A program made the translations under genes and the position numbers. The notes beneath the pieces are model-generated. The model saw nothing but the letters and a program-made list of their open reading frames with translations. It was not told where the DNA came from and did no database searches. DNA of 64,000 nt from Acidobacteriota bacterium (GTDB lineage: Bacteria; Acidobacteriota; Blastocatellia; RBC074). Every line of letters starts with the position of its first letter. The first letter of the stretch is position 1. The stretch is taken from NCBI GenBank assembly GCA_040007715.1, contig JBDTUN010000921.1, positions 4,761-68,760 of the forward strand, written 5' to 3'. Shown piece by piece: positions 19,657-31,600 of the stretch.

Positions 19657-21750
19657 ATGATGGCGATGAAAAGACTGTGGCGGACCTGGCGCGAGCAGCC
19701 GCGTTCATTCACGCACCTGTGCGAGCAGCTCGACGCGCGCTACGGAATCCCTCGCCCTGCGGTAGCTCAACACCTCCCCGCCTATCAAGCGACCGTCTTT
19801 TTTCTGAGCGTCTGCGTCGAAGGTGTGTTGCTCATTGTGGCGGGCATGTTCTCCGCCTGGATTTGGTGGAAGGCGGCCCGGTGGCTTGAGGTCAGCATTG
19901 AGGTCGAGTTGTTCTGCCATGTGTTGTCGCTCACCGGCGTCCTTATCTCGTGGGCCGAAGTCGCGTCGCTCACACTCCCCTATTACCACATCCATCAACG
20001 CTCGACCTATGGCACGTCGCGCTGGGCAGATGCGCTCCTGCTCAAAGACCTCCATCTGTCGCGGCGCAAAACAGAGGCGCTGAAAGCAGGCGAGCTTCCT
20101 TTGGGTGGACTGGGAACGGAGTACGATGTGGTATTGAGCGCCGCGCACGCGATGTGCCACCTGGCGCTGTTCGGTCCACCCGGTTCCGGCAAGTCCGCGA
20201 CATTCATAATGAACTGGCTCAAGGTGTGGTCGCAGACCGGCTCGGCCATCGTGCTCGACCCGAAAGGCGAACTGTATGACCAGACCGCCTTCCACTTCGA
20301 GAACGTCTTTCGCATTGACCTGCACGAACCGGCGCGGTCGGATCGTTGGAACTTCCTGCCCGCCTGTCGCGGCGACGCGGAGATGGCGCACGAAGCCGCC
20401 GCGACCATTCTCGGCGTTGACGCAAATAAGCCGACAACCGCTGACCCTTTTTGGAAAGAGGCCGAGACGGCGGCGTTGACGGCGATCCTGCTGCACCTGG
20501 CGCAGGCCGTCCCGCGCCCTACGCCGGCAATGATTCAAGAATTAGTTTCCGGTTACTCGCTCGCCGACTTGAACAAGATGATGATGAGTTCGGCTGATAA
20601 GAACGTGCCGCTCTACTGGGGGATGTTCACGAAAGTCGAGCCAAAGCTGCAGGGCGGCGTTTTGATCGGCCTCGGCGTGCGGTGCGCCTCATTCAGTATT
20701 CCGAACGCGAAGGCGATTTCTTCGCCCATCACGCCCTACTTTGCAGCACGCGGCATTCGCCCGGTGTCATTCGAGGAATTGCGCCGCCCGCGCACCGCGA
20801 TTTATGTGGTCGTGCCGGAAGGTGATGCGATGCGCTACAAGATCGTCATCGCCACGCTCTTTGGCCTCGCGGCAAGTTATTTGAGAAAGGCCGAGTTGCA
20901 GATGGACTCCGCACCCGTGCTTTTCAGCTTTGACGAGGCGGGCAGCATTCCGATTCACGGCCTCGGCGAGATGGTGAGCGTGGGACGGAGCCGCTTAATG
21001 GCGGTTGCGCTCGGCTACCAGAACATCGGCCAGGTTTATAACCAGTACGGATCGGACGGAGGCGACGCCATCCTCGGCTCGGTCGGCACGATGGTTTTCC
21101 TACCGGGACTCGACCATCGCACGGCGGAGTACGCGTCCAAGCGCATCGGACAGGCGACCGTCTGGCAATCCACGTCAGTGGATGTCAAAGAAGGAACCAA
21201 GTTTGATTCGGAGCGGACAACCGAAGTGGGCCGCGCCCTGATGGACGCCTCCGAGGTGCGGCGGATGGTCAAACACCGGCAGGCAGTGGCGATCATCGGC
21301 AACGCGCCGCCGGTGCGCTTCGCCTACCCGTCGCTGGCAAAACTCGATGATCCGCCGCTTTCTCGACGCGAGCAAACATTTTGTAATGCGGATTCTCTAC
21401 CACCGCCTGCATCGCAGTTTCAACCGGCTACAGATAGTAGTGAGGTAGTAATCAGTGGGATGACGCAGACAGCCGCGCGCACAGGACAACTCCCCGCGAT
21501 CGTGATCGAGAGGCAGGAACCGGAGCGTGTTGTAGAGGTGAAGTCGGTTGATGAAGAGCAGATTGAGCGCGCTGAGGCCGACACCGAACGGAGGATACCT
21601 CTGTTTAACGCACGCCAGTTCAAAATGATCGGCGCTGCCACAGGTGCGCAGGCTCTGGGCTTCCAGCCCGAATATGATCCGGAGAAGATCGCTCCAGCTA
21701 ACGACCCTTGCTGTTCTGACGGCGTGGAGCGGGACGAACCTGAACGCTAA
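19657..21750 (+). CDS. Type IV secretion coupling protein (VirD4/TraG/TrwB family)
   Basis: Two N-terminal TMs, Walker A LALFGPPGSGKSATFIM, Walker B LFSFDEAGS, 697 aa. Confidence 0.85.
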   Translation: MMAMKRLWRTWREQPRSFTHLCEQLDARYGIPRPAVAQHLPAYQATVFFLSVCVEGVLLIVAGMFSAWIWWKAARWLEVSIEVELFCHVLSLTGVLISWAEVASLTLPYYHIHQRSTYGTSRWADALLLKDLHLSRRKTEALKAGELPLGGLGTEYDVVLSAAHAMCHLALFGPPGSGKSATFIMNWLKVWSQTGSAIVLDPKGELYDQTAFHFENVFRIDLHEPARSDRWNFLPACRGDAEMAHEAAATILGVDANKPTTADPFWKEAETAALTAILLHLAQAVPRPTPAMIQELVSGYSLADLNKMMMSSADKNVPLYWGMFTKVEPKLQGGVLIGLGVRCASFSIPNAKAISSPITPYFAARGIRPVSFEELRRPRTAIYVVVPEGDAMRYKIVIATLFGLAASYLRKAELQMDSAPVLFSFDEAGSIPIHGLGEMVSVGRSRLMAVALGYQNIGQVYNQYGSDGGDAILGSVGTMVFLPGLDHRTAEYASKRIGQATVWQSTSVDVKEGTKFDSERTTEVGRALMDASEVRRMVKHRQAVAIIGNAPPVRFAYPSLAKLDDPPLSRREQTFCNADSLPPPASQFQPATDSSEVVISGMTQTAARTGQLPAIVIERQEPERVVEVKSVDEEQIERAEADTERRIPLFNARQFKMIGAATGAQALGFQPEYDPEKIAPANDPCCSDGVERDEPER

Positions 21751-21759
21751 AGGAGAAGC

Positions 21760-22299
21760 ATGCAAGCTACGGGTAAGCAGCCGGGATTGAGCAAACTCCG
21801 CATCACCTACCTGTTTGCGATTGTCACTGCCGTCGTTGGGATTGGTAGCTTCGGCTATTACATTTATCGCGACTACCGCGATGCTCGTCTCAACCTGCCG
21901 CAATCACAGATCGAGCGGCTCATCAAAGACCTGCGCCTTTATCAATCACAGACGCGGCATTTCCCCATCACCTTTGCCGAGATCAACGAACGTCTCTGGC
22001 ACACCACGCCGGTGCCGGACTATGGCAATGATGGCCGTCGTACCAGGACGAAGAACTACCATTACCTCTACACGAAGGTAAGTGACGAAACCTGCGCCTT
22101 CTGGGCCTTACCCGTAGGCCCACAGCGTCATTACGCCGTGTCGTTCTTCGTGGTGGTTTCGCCGGGTTGGCTGCGCACCTGGAAAGGGCGGCCGCTGAGT
22201 GATGAGCAGATCGCTACAGTCGCGGAAGTCCCCTCGCCGGAGATGCTGGCCGATCTCGGCCTGAATGAGATGCCACAACGTGCTCTCAATGCTAAGTGA
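21760..22299 (+). CDS. Hypothetical membrane protein
   Basis: AGGAG SD 5 nt upstream. N-terminal TM (ITYLFAIVTAVVGIGSFGYYIY). Confidence 0.4.
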   Translation: MQATGKQPGLSKLRITYLFAIVTAVVGIGSFGYYIYRDYRDARLNLPQSQIERLIKDLRLYQSQTRHFPITFAEINERLWHTTPVPDYGNDGRRTRTKNYHYLYTKVSDETCAFWALPVGPQRHYAVSFFVVVSPGWLRTWKGRPLSDEQIATVAEVPSPEMLADLGLNEMPQRALNAK

Positions 22300-22365
22300 G
22301 CAGGCCTTCTCATCGTCGCGACACTTTCCCCGGGAGTAATATCGGCGTATTTTTGATTTCAGTAA

Positions 22366-22767
22366 TTGCGGAAGGAGGCAGCAGCAATGACTAAATCGGC
22401 GCGACACCATCAACGCCAGATCATCACGGCTTCCGAAGTCGGCGACTTTGTCTACTGCGCAAAGGCTTGGCAACTCAAGCGAGAGGGGGTCACCGCGGAC
22501 AGCCCACGCCTTGAACAGGGGCGAACCTTTCATGCAAGGCACGGCCTGCAACTCGCGCTTGCCGGACGCCTGCAACAAGCGGGGCTGATTTTCGCAATGA
22601 TTGCCGGTCTGCTGCTCATCGCCTTGTTGGTTTGGTCTTACACGAGGAGCAATGGGACAGTGGGCGGTCTGGATCGGAATTGCAGTAATTCTGGCGGCGC
22701 TGCTCCTGCTCGCCGCGCAGCGGCTTCGCGCACGGAGTGGTCTGCCGCCCGGAGAAATAGTTTATGA
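22366..22767 (+). CDS. Cas4-like nuclease, N-terminal fragment (frame 1), with Cas4 N-terminal Cys motif and one TM helix. Frame changes near 22650.
   Basis: ITASEVGDFVYCAKAWQLK matches the Cas4/RecB-like N-terminal motif. It is followed by the helix LIFAMIAGLLLIALLVWSY. After ~22655 this frame decays into Ala/Arg-rich nonsense. Confidence 0.45.
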   Translation: MRKEAAAMTKSARHHQRQIITASEVGDFVYCAKAWQLKREGVTADSPRLEQGRTFHARHGLQLALAGRLQQAGLIFAMIAGLLLIALLVWSYTRSNGTVGGLDRNCSNSGGAAPARRAAASRTEWSAARRNSL

Positions 22768-23233
22768 TGATACATCCGGGAAGGCTGGCGAGGTGCTTAC
22801 CTCCAGACGCTACGGACTGCGCGGGAAACCCGATTACCTGCTTGAAGACGATGTTGACAGCCTCATTCCAGTCGAAGTGAAATCGGGCGCGGCCCCGCCA
22901 AGCGGAGAGCCTTACGTTTCCCACCTGATGCAACTGGCCGTTTACTTTCTGTTGGTCGAAGACGCTCTTCAGCGTCCTACCCCTTATGGCTTGATACGCT
23001 ATCGTGACTGCACGGTGCGCGTGGCGAACACGGAAAAGTTGCGCGCCGATCTTCTCGACATTCTCGGACAAATGAGAGCGGCGCAGGCGGACGGCGATGC
23101 GTGCCGCAGTCATAATCAAGCGCGCCGTTGCCGCAGTTCTCAGTGGCCTACGCTTGTAATGAACGGCTGGCGTGAAGAGCGCGCGAGTTATCACAATGTT
23201 TCCATCTCCGTTGCGGAAAGTTTAGAAAGTTGA
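22601..23233 (+). CDS. Cas4-like PD-(D/E)xK nuclease core (frame 2), TM helix then nuclease motifs. Probably the C-terminal continuation of 22366-22767.
   Basis: Meaningful from ~22652 (GQWAVWIGIAVILAALLLLAA). Motifs GLRGKPDYL (motif II), PVEVKSG (ExK), QLAVYFLL (QxxxY) and C-terminal Cys residues (DACRSHNQARRC). Confidence 0.55.
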   Translation: MPVCCSSPCWFGLTRGAMGQWAVWIGIAVILAALLLLAAQRLRARSGLPPGEIVYDDTSGKAGEVLTSRRYGLRGKPDYLLEDDVDSLIPVEVKSGAAPPSGEPYVSHLMQLAVYFLLVEDALQRPTPYGLIRYRDCTVRVANTEKLRADLLDILGQMRAAQADGDACRSHNQARRCRSSQWPTLVMNGWREERASYHNVSISVAESLES

Positions 23234-23509
23234 TGTCAGAAACGGTTTTTGCATCTTGAAACAGGGCTGATTTGCGTCTCCAAGTCTACCTTCAGCCTGG
23301 AAAATCGCGTCAGCGTCAGCGTAGCCGCTTTTCTTAAACTATTAGTAGGCACATCTTGAAGCCAAATTAGCCTGTAAATTCAACAATTTCAACGAATCTA
23401 AACTTTCTGCAACGGAGGTTTCCATGCCATCTCTCGACGCGACAGTTGCTTTGTGAGAAAATGTCGGCACTTGATAGAAAGCGTTGACGGATCATCACAC
23501 GGGTAATGT

Positions 23510-24115
23510 ATGTCGAAGATCATCGAAACCAAACGGGCAGTCAAACTGATGAAGCGATCCGGGATCGTTCGTGCGGGTGATCTTGCTTCGCAGGGAGTCC
23601 ACCCGATGACGCTCAAGCGGCTGGTTGAGCGCGGCGAGGTTGAGCGGGAAGGGCGAGGGCTTTACCGTCTGGCAGGGACTGAGGTGAGTGAACACTACAG
23701 CCTGCTGCAAGCAGCGCGTAGAGTGCCGAACGGAGTAATCTGTCTGCTCTCGGCACTGCGCTTCCACGGCCTGACGACGCAGAAGCCCTTTGAGGTTTGG
23801 ATGGCCATTGAGCGCAAGACGCGCCGGCCTGCCGTTGATGCGCCGCCGTTGCGCGTTCACTATTTTTCCGGCGAAGCCTTCACCGCCGGCGCGGAAGAGC
23901 GCTTGATCGAAGGCGTAAAGCTGCGCGTCTACAACCCGGCCAAGACAGTCGCCGACTGTTTCAAGTTCCGCTACAAGATCGGGGTGGATGTGGCGCTCGA
24001 AGCGCTACGCGACACACTGCGCAAGCGCAAAGCGACGGCAGATGAGATTTGGCATTACGCCGGCATCTGCCGCGTGGCGCGCGTGATCTATCCTTACCTG
24101 GAGGCACTCGGTTGA
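23510..24115 (+). CDS. abiEi: AbiEi-family antitoxin / transcriptional regulator (type IV TA)
   Basis: Recognised family pattern: N-terminal wHTH (GIVRAGDLASQGVHPMTLKRLVERGEV...GLYRL) and ICLLSALRFHGLT in the C-terminal domain. Confidence 0.7.
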   Translation: MSKIIETKRAVKLMKRSGIVRAGDLASQGVHPMTLKRLVERGEVEREGRGLYRLAGTEVSEHYSLLQAARRVPNGVICLLSALRFHGLTTQKPFEVWMAIERKTRRPAVDAPPLRVHYFSGEAFTAGAEERLIEGVKLRVYNPAKTVADCFKFRYKIGVDVALEALRDTLRKRKATADEIWHYAGICRVARVIYPYLEALG

Positions 24116-25032
24116 AAAAGAAGCCTCCGGCCAACCTGCCTGCTTCAGTGCATGACCGCCTTTTGAAGATTGCCAAGCATCGAGGCGGAGAATTCCAGAA
24201 TCTGCTGGTCAACTACGCGCTGGAGCGCTGGCTCTATCGGATGTCGCAGTCGCCGCATCGTGAACGGTTCGTGCTGAAGGGAGCGATGCTCTTCTCGCTC
24301 TGGACGGATGAACCGCATCGCTCGACACAGGACCTTGATCTGCTCGGTTACGGCGACAACTCCATAGCTGAAATGGAACGCGTCTTTCGGGAGATTTGCG
24401 CGGTCGAGTGTGTCGCCGATGGACTAGAACTGCTGCCGGAGAGCGTCGAGGGCGGGTTGATCCGTGAAGACCGTAAATATGAGGGCGTCAGGATCAATCT
24501 ACTGGCGATGCTGGGCAAGGCGCGCATCCCGCTGCAGATTGACGTTGGCTTCGGCGACGCTGTCGTGCCGCCGCCGGCAGAGATGGAGTATCCAACGCTG
24601 CTTGATCTCCCCGCGCCACACCTGCGCGTTTACCGGCGCGAGACCGTCGTCGCGGAGAAGTTTCATGCGATGGTCGAGCGGGGAATCGGCAACAGCAGGA
24701 TGAAGGATTACTTCGATCTTTGGGTCTTGGCCGGGACGTTTGAATTTGAAGGAAGGACACTTGGGGAATCGATCCGCGCCGCCTTTGAGCGGCGGCAGAC
24801 GCCGTTGCCGACGATTACGCCCGTCGGGTTAAGTGAGGCATTTGGGAGTCATCCGGAAAAGCTCGCACAGTGGCGGGCATTTGTGAAACGCGGCAAACTC
24901 AACGCTGGTAATGTGAATTTGCCGGAAGTGGTTGCGCGTGCGCGTGATTTCTTGATGCCTTTGATGGAAGTTCTCGCTGCCGGCGCTTCGCCGGGCGGAA
25001 GTTGGAAGCCAGGAGAGGGAAGATGGAAATAA
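24112..25032 (+). CDS. abiEii: AbiEii/AbiGii-family nucleotidyltransferase toxin (DUF1814)
   Basis: Family-typical segments ([13 protein letters not shown]...[11 protein letters not shown]...[25 protein letters not shown]). TTG start at 24112 overlaps the abiEi stop (GTTGA). The Met at 24049 would overlap abiEi by 67 nt, so it was not used. Confidence 0.7.
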   Translation: MKKKPPANLPASVHDRLLKIAKHRGGEFQNLLVNYALERWLYRMSQSPHRERFVLKGAMLFSLWTDEPHRSTQDLDLLGYGDNSIAEMERVFREICAVECVADGLELLPESVEGGLIREDRKYEGVRINLLAMLGKARIPLQIDVGFGDAVVPPPAEMEYPTLLDLPAPHLRVYRRETVVAEKFHAMVERGIGNSRMKDYFDLWVLAGTFEFEGRTLGESIRAAFERRQTPLPTITPVGLSEAFGSHPEKLAQWRAFVKRGKLNAGNVNLPEVVARARDFLMPLMEVLAAGASPGGSWKPGEGRWK

Positions 25033-25592
25033 TGAAGGAAATTTACGTCTCGACTGATGTTGAAACCGACGGGCCGATTCCAGGCGTCAACTCAATGTTG
25101 AGTTTCGGCTCGGCTGCCTACCTTGCTGATAAAACGCTGGTCAGCACCTTCACGGCCCATCTGGAGACGCTGCCCGGCGCGCAAGCCCATCCAAAGACGA
25201 TGCGGTGGTGGCAAACGCAACCTGAGGCTTGGGCGGCCTGCCGCGAGAACCCACAAGCGCCGGAAGAAGTCATGCCCCGTTACGTCGCCTGGCTGAAAGC
25301 GCTTCCGGGGCAACCTGTGTTTGTCGGTTACCCGGCGTCCTTCGATTTCATGTTCGTCTACTGGTATCTGATCCGCTTTGCGGGCGAGAGTCCATTCTCG
25401 CATTCAGCGCTGGACATCAAGACATACGCGATGGCGTTGCTCAAGAAGGGCTACCGTGAGAGTGTCAAGCGCAATATGCCTCAGCGCTGGTTTGACGCTT
25501 TGCCGCATACGCATCTGGCATTGGACGACGCGATTGAGCAGGGCGCGCTGTTTTGCAATATGCTGGCGGTCAATCTTGAAGGCGCAGGTTGA
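25023..25592 (+). CDS. DEDDh-family 3'-5' exonuclease (RNase T / DnaQ-like fold)
   Basis: Exo I motif [10 protein letters not shown] near the N-terminus and a C-terminal H-x4-D (HTHLALDDA). Its ATG overlaps the abiEii stop (ATGGAAATAATGA). Confidence 0.65.
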   Translation: MEIMKEIYVSTDVETDGPIPGVNSMLSFGSAAYLADKTLVSTFTAHLETLPGAQAHPKTMRWWQTQPEAWAACRENPQAPEEVMPRYVAWLKALPGQPVFVGYPASFDFMFVYWYLIRFAGESPFSHSALDIKTYAMALLKKGYRESVKRNMPQRWFDALPHTHLALDDAIEQGALFCNMLAVNLEGAG

Positions 25593-25670
25593 GCACATCA
25601 TCGCCGTAACCGGTAGCATCCGAGTAAGAATCCTTTCGGATCGGATCAACGATGAGATTGAGAAAGAGAG

Positions 25671-28600
25671 ATGAGCGATGCGATCAACAATGATCCGGAC
25701 TTTTTGTGGCAGACGCTGCTCATTCTACGCGCGCTCGTCAGAACAAAAGACGACTCCTCAATTCGGCTCGAAGGGGATCGGCTTTACCTGGCGAGTGAAG
25801 AATTGCGGCTGCCTGCAGATGCCCTCTCCGAACGAGAGTTGAAAGATCGGATTCGCGAACTTGCACGCCGCGCAGGGCTGCCGGATGTTTCGGTCGGCTC
25901 GCTCGCCGAAATCTGGCGGACGGAATTGACTAATCGGGCGCTCTCTCGCAGCGAACTGCTCGAGCGCGGCGAGTGGGCGATCCTCAAACGCAATCCGAAA
26001 GAGACCGACATTGTCAGGCGCTGGCGCGATGAGTTGCTGGCGCGGATGGTAAACCAGTTGGCTGACCTCAATGCCGTCGAACGCTTTGAGCCTGCGGCAA
26101 CTTCCCAAGATCGCGAGCGCAAACTTGAACTCGGCCCGCTGATTGAGGATTGGCCGCGCCGCATTCTGGAAGACGATTACTGGAAGTATGCTGAAGCCCC
26201 GCTGCCGGAGATGAAGCCGCTGGCGCTGGATGATGTCTGGGTAGACTTGTTTTTGAGCGACCCGCTGGAAGCGACGGAAGAGCATGAAGTCGCGGCTTAT
26301 CAAGATTGGCACGACGAGCGGCAACGTTGGCGGACGGAGCCGGCGGCCTTCGTGTTGGAGAGGGTTTATGGCGCGACGGCGCTGGTTGGCCCGCCCGGCT
26401 GCGGCAAAACGACGCTGCTCAAATGGTTCGCCCGCCAGTTGATTGCCCGCCCGCAAGGACGCTTCCTGCTGCCGCTTTACGTCCCGCTGCGGAAGTATGC
26501 GCAGGCGCGTTACGCCTCCGGAGCCGGAAGCCACGCTCCGGCGTCCCTGTCGCTGCTGGAATTCGCCCTGCGTCAATGCGGCATTAAGCAACCTGCGCAG
26601 TTGGCCTTGTGGATGCCGACCATTGGCTATCTGACGGGCGCGGATCGCACCAACGTGCTGCTGATGCTCGACGGTTGGGATGAAGTGCCGGCGGAGCATC
26701 GTGAGCCAATGTTGGCGGAAATTGACGACTTGGCGCACGCCTTCGCCATCATTATCACGTCGCGCCCTTCCGGGTTTCCGCGCCTGCTGCCGGTCAGCCA
26801 TATTTACGAGATCGCCAGCCTGTCGCCAGACACCAGCGAGCGGTTGGTTCGCCGCTGGTTCGAGGCTTCGGGTGCGCCCGAGCAGGCAGAAGCGGTCTTG
26901 CGCAACTTGGACGCACACCCTGATTTGCGACGGCTGGTGCGCAATCCGTTCCTGCTCTCGTTGCTGTGCGGCATTTGTCGTCATGCCGATTACCTGGCGA
27001 CATCCTCCACGATGTCTGGGGCAGTTTCGCGCACCGCGCTTTACCGCCAAGCCATCCGCCTGATCATCGCACATCACAACCGGCACTTCCCGCGCCTGAT
27101 CACGGCGTTGGAAGAACGCAAGGTGGCGCGGCTCGCGCTCTGGCTGCAAGCCGACGCGCCGAATGCTCCGCGCTACGTCTTTGACCGCGCCGATGCGCAG
27201 CAATGCCTCAATGAAACAACGACGCTGGAGAACGTCCGCTCTTCGAGACTGCTCAGCCAACTTCATCTGGATCGAGAATCCTTCCACTTCCTGCACACGA
27301 CCTTTCAAGAGTATCTGGCCGCGCGGGGGCTATTGAGCGAACCGCCCGCCACGGCGGAGTCGCGGTTGCGCGAGCGCGTTTACGATCTGGGCTGGCAGGA
27401 GATTCTGTGTTTCGCTGCTGGCGAGAGCGCGGATGAAAAGATCAAAAACATTCTCTGGCAGCAACTCTCCGCGCTGGCGCGCCAGCCGGATCGCTTTGGG
27501 CTGGTCTTTGTCCGCCTCGCGCGCTTCGTGCGCGAAGCCGGAGCCGGTGACGGCGGGAAGTCTTTACTCGGCGTGGACGTGCGCGATGAACTCTGGCGGG
27601 CGATTGAGCAGGGCATCGAAATCAACGTCTTCGTGGACGCACATGCCGAACTTGATTCGAACGATCTGCTGCGGCGTATTGAAGAGCAGCTTGGTCGTAA
27701 TTCGGATGAACGAATCAGGGTGCGTCTGATCCGCGCGATGGGACGGTTCCGCAGCCCTGAAACGGCGCGGGCGCTGGTTGACAGAGTGCTCCACGGCGAC
27801 GACAACGCGGCGGCGATTGCGGCTTATGCCAGCCACCGCGTGCTTGACGCCGACGGCTTCCGAACATTGCGCGCAGCGATAACAGATGAAGAGTTAAGCG
27901 AGCAGCAACGCATCCGCGCACTGCGAACTTTGGGCAATGCGCGTGATTCGCTCATCGTGCCGGCACTGGCAGAGACAGCATGGCGACCGCTTGACGCCTT
28001 GAGCATTGAAGCGATCAAAGCCTTGGGCCGCATTGGTGACGCCGCCGCTTCCGCAAACTTAACTGAATTGCTTTCTGAAACTAACGACGTCGCCCGGCAG
28101 GAATTCATCATCACGGCGCTCGGCCAAGCGCGCGATCCTATTGCCAGGGATCGTTTGATTGAAGAAATCACTTTCCGTTGGCCGGACGACCCATTGTTGC
28201 CCGGCGCGCTTGAGGCGCTGATCGAGAAACCTTTCTATCACGGCGCGGAGACAGTGGCCGGATTGCTGCGCTGCGAGCGCCCGGAAGTGCGTGCCGCTGC
28301 AGCGCAGGCGCTCGCCGACTCGGCCCGCACGACCTACGGCCATGAACTGGCGCGCGTAGCTCAAGAAGACGGAGTGAAGGCCGTGCGCATGGCGGCGCTG
28401 CAATCGCTGATTAAACAGGGCGGCCCGCAGGACATCCTGAAGCTCTCCCGGCTGGCTGGCGACGAAGCGAGGGATATGGAAGAACGCGCCGAAGCGCTCG
28501 CAACCGCGCTGCAAATCTGCGCGCGGTTAACGCCGGATGCCTTGATGCTCAGAATGTTGAACCACTCGGCGCTTGATGCTTTGCAAGCGCCGAGTGGCTT

Positions 28601-31600
28601 GCTGGCGATGAGCGCCGCGTCACACGCACATGTGTTGGGTGACCAGATTGCCGAGCGGTTGCTTGAAATTTGTGGTGATGACCAGGCGTCGGATTCTGTC
28701 AGGGAAGAGGCTTGCCGTTCCATCGCGCGAATCCTGCGGAATCACGAGCACGTTTTGAAGGATCGAGCCGCAGACCTGTTACTTGATCTTGTGCGGCGCG
28801 AACCGGCGACCACTGCGGACGAAGAGGAGCCGAACCTGGATTCGCGCCAGCGTCTGGCGCAGGCCGCAGCCGTGGCGTTGACCGAGATCAACGTCGCACG
28901 CTTGCTCGGCGAGCCGGGCACGACATGCGCAAATGCGCTGGCCGCATTCGCTGTTCGAACGGGCTGTTTGGTGTTTCCTGATCGGATCATCAACGCCGGC
29001 GGTCAGACGATCGCCATCCAGCCACAACGTGCAGCCTCAACTGAACAAACATTGAATAGCGAGGCCGACCCGACTAACCGCGCCGATCACACCAGCCAGG
29101 CCAACCATGAATGCCTGCGGCGGGTCAGGCGATGGAGCCGCATCGCGGCAGACGACGCCCAGCAAGTTATTCAAGCAGCCGGTTCGGATCATCACGCCGA
29201 GGTGGTATTGGGACCGGAGTTGTACGTCGAGCGCGACATTGAGCAAGAGATTTGCGACCGTCTGGAAAAGTCAGGCCGTCGCGGGCAGTCCGCTTCCGTC
29301 CTTGTAACGGGTGATGCCGGACACGGAAAGACCAGCCTGCTGTGGCGGCTGCATCACACGTATGGGGCGCATCAGGCGCTCGAAGGGGCAGGGAACTGGG
29401 AGCCGTGGTTCATCAAATCAACATTGCTGGTGATGACTCCGCGTGCCGGAGAAGCGACAGGCGGACTATACCTTGATGATCTGCTCGCGGCTGCGCGGCT
29501 GGTGCTGGCTGAAGGGCGTAAGCCGCTGGTGCTGCTGGATACGGTGGACGCGTTGTTGCATGGCGAAGAGGCGGAGCGGGAGAGGGTGGTCGAGGCACTA
29601 CTCACCCTGTTGGAAGAAGGTTGCTCACTGATCGCGGCCTGCCGCCCGCAAGAGGCGGTGTTGCTGGGGCCGCTCAGGCGAGGCTCGCTGAGACTCGACG
29701 AATACCGAGGGCGCGAACTGACAGAGGCCATTGATAAACACGTCGCCCACTTCTACGCCTACGCCGACCTGCATACGCGCGAAGAGCACCGCGCGCACAT
29801 CAACTCCGTCGTGGCGCGCGGCCTGCCGCTGCGCGAAGTCTGCGTCAATCCGCTGACGCTGCGAATGCTGTTCGTGCTTTACGCGCCCGACGCTGTGCCG
29901 GCGGAAGTCAACGTCTTTGACCTTTATGACAAGTTCTGGCGGGATCGTGTGGTCACCGACAGGCGCGCCGGCAGTCCGTTGCCACCATCGGGTGCCGCCA
30001 ATCTTGAAAAGGCCGCAGCACTCGTCGCGCTGGTGATGTTGGCCGAAGGGCAGCCGGAATTGCCCGCGCAGCGCGTGCGTGATGGCGTGACCAACTTTGG
30101 AGGGGACGCAGCGGAAATCGAGCAGCTTATCAGCCGGGGCGTGCTGCACGGGCAAGGTGGCGCAACGCTGCACTTCTTCCATCAAACCTTTTTCGAGCAC
30201 AGCGCCGCGCGCGCCATCTTGGATCATTTCGGTGGCGGCGGTTTGACGATGCTGCAGCGCAGGCTGGCGAGCAGGCCCCACGATATGTTTCTCAGCCCGG
30301 TTTATGAACAAGCCCTGTTGCTAGCGGAGAATATGCCAGCCGCCGTCCGCCTCTGCGCGGATGATTTGCTGGGTAACCTCTTCCGCGCCGATTCGGCGAT
30401 TGAACGCAGCTCCGCCGCCTACATTTACGCCCATCGAAAAAGCGTTCCAACCGCAATTGCGCGGCAGTTTCATGCTTTACTGAAAGCCGCCGACACCGCG
30501 CTGGTCAGGCGCTTTCTTGCCGTCGCCCCGAACCTGCCGATCCAAAGATGGGCCGATCTGTTTCACGAACTTGACCTGATCTGGGAGCGCGGGAAGTGGG
30601 AAGAGCACGCGCACGTTCTCGATTTGCTCGAACGCCTGGCCGTGCGCGACGATCAGCGCGTGTTGGACTACCTGAGCAGGCACGAAGTCCTCGACTACAT
30701 TCTCAAACTACCATTCCATTTTCAGGGGGCGACACGGTTGCTGAGAGTTTATGCGGCGCTGGCCATTCATCAGCCGGTGCGGAGTTGGGAACTGGTTGGC
30801 AGGCTCTATCGCTTCGGTCTCAAAGAGCAGAGCCAGGATTTACAGATCAGCGCGATCAATGCGCTCGCGGAATACGCCACTCTCTACGGACCGGAAACCA
30901 TAGCGAGCCGGTTCGAGGAGATGGCGCGCAGCACCGCTGGTACGCCGCCGCGCTTTAACGAAGTCTTCCCGCAGGCCATCGGACGGTTGTGGGCGATTGA
31001 GTGGCGCGCTCGGAATGTCGCACTCAAAACCATTGTTGAGCAAGCGAGCGGCCCGCAGGCCGATCAGGTGCAAACGCGCGCGCGGCTTTACGGACTTGCC
31101 GCATTGCTGGTTGATTCCGGCAACGTCGCGGACGCAGCTTACCTATTCGAGAGCTTCAGGCGCGAAGCGGACGTTCACCGGCAGTGGCTGTGGGCGAGGA
31201 TGTGTTTGCCGGGCTTGCTTGGCAGTGAGGTGGAAGACAATGAACTCTCGCCTGCTGTGCGGCATATCAGAAGCGAGATCATCGCGATCTTTGGCGACCG
31301 GATCAGACAACCAAAAAGTTCTGCCGAAGCCGAGGCTGAAGCCGCGCCAGACTCGCAACGCATTTTCCTGATGGCGTGCGAAGCAGTGGAAAAGGCGAAC
31401 TTCTCGCCGGCGCGGCTGGCTGCATTGCTGGACTTCCCTGAAGCCGAAGCGCCGGAGGTCTGGTTGGATAAAGAGCTTTTTGCCGAGTTGTTGCCGGACG
31501 CCTATGTGGGTGGTCACTATGGAGCGGTGGAGGCCATGCGACTGCTGACGAATGCGCCGGAACGATTCCCGGAAGCGCCGGTCGTTCCCATCGCGCTGCG

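Noticed and set aside
24049-24111. Upstream Met start for abiEii (MALRRHLPRG...)
   Set aside because: It would overlap abiEi by 67 nt and add an Arg/Pro-rich extension. The TTG at 24112, overlapping the abiEi stop (GTTGA), gives the conventional coupled arrangement.
25758-27308. 516-aa minus-strand ORF antisense to the STAND gene (and similar long antisense ORFs at 19705-20538, 8039-8650, 60259-60915, 39024-39530, 56953-58170)
   Set aside because: Arg/Ala/Gln-rich low-complexity translations without motifs, typical of stop-poor antisense frames in high-GC DNA. Each is fully contained in a well-supported gene on the other strand.
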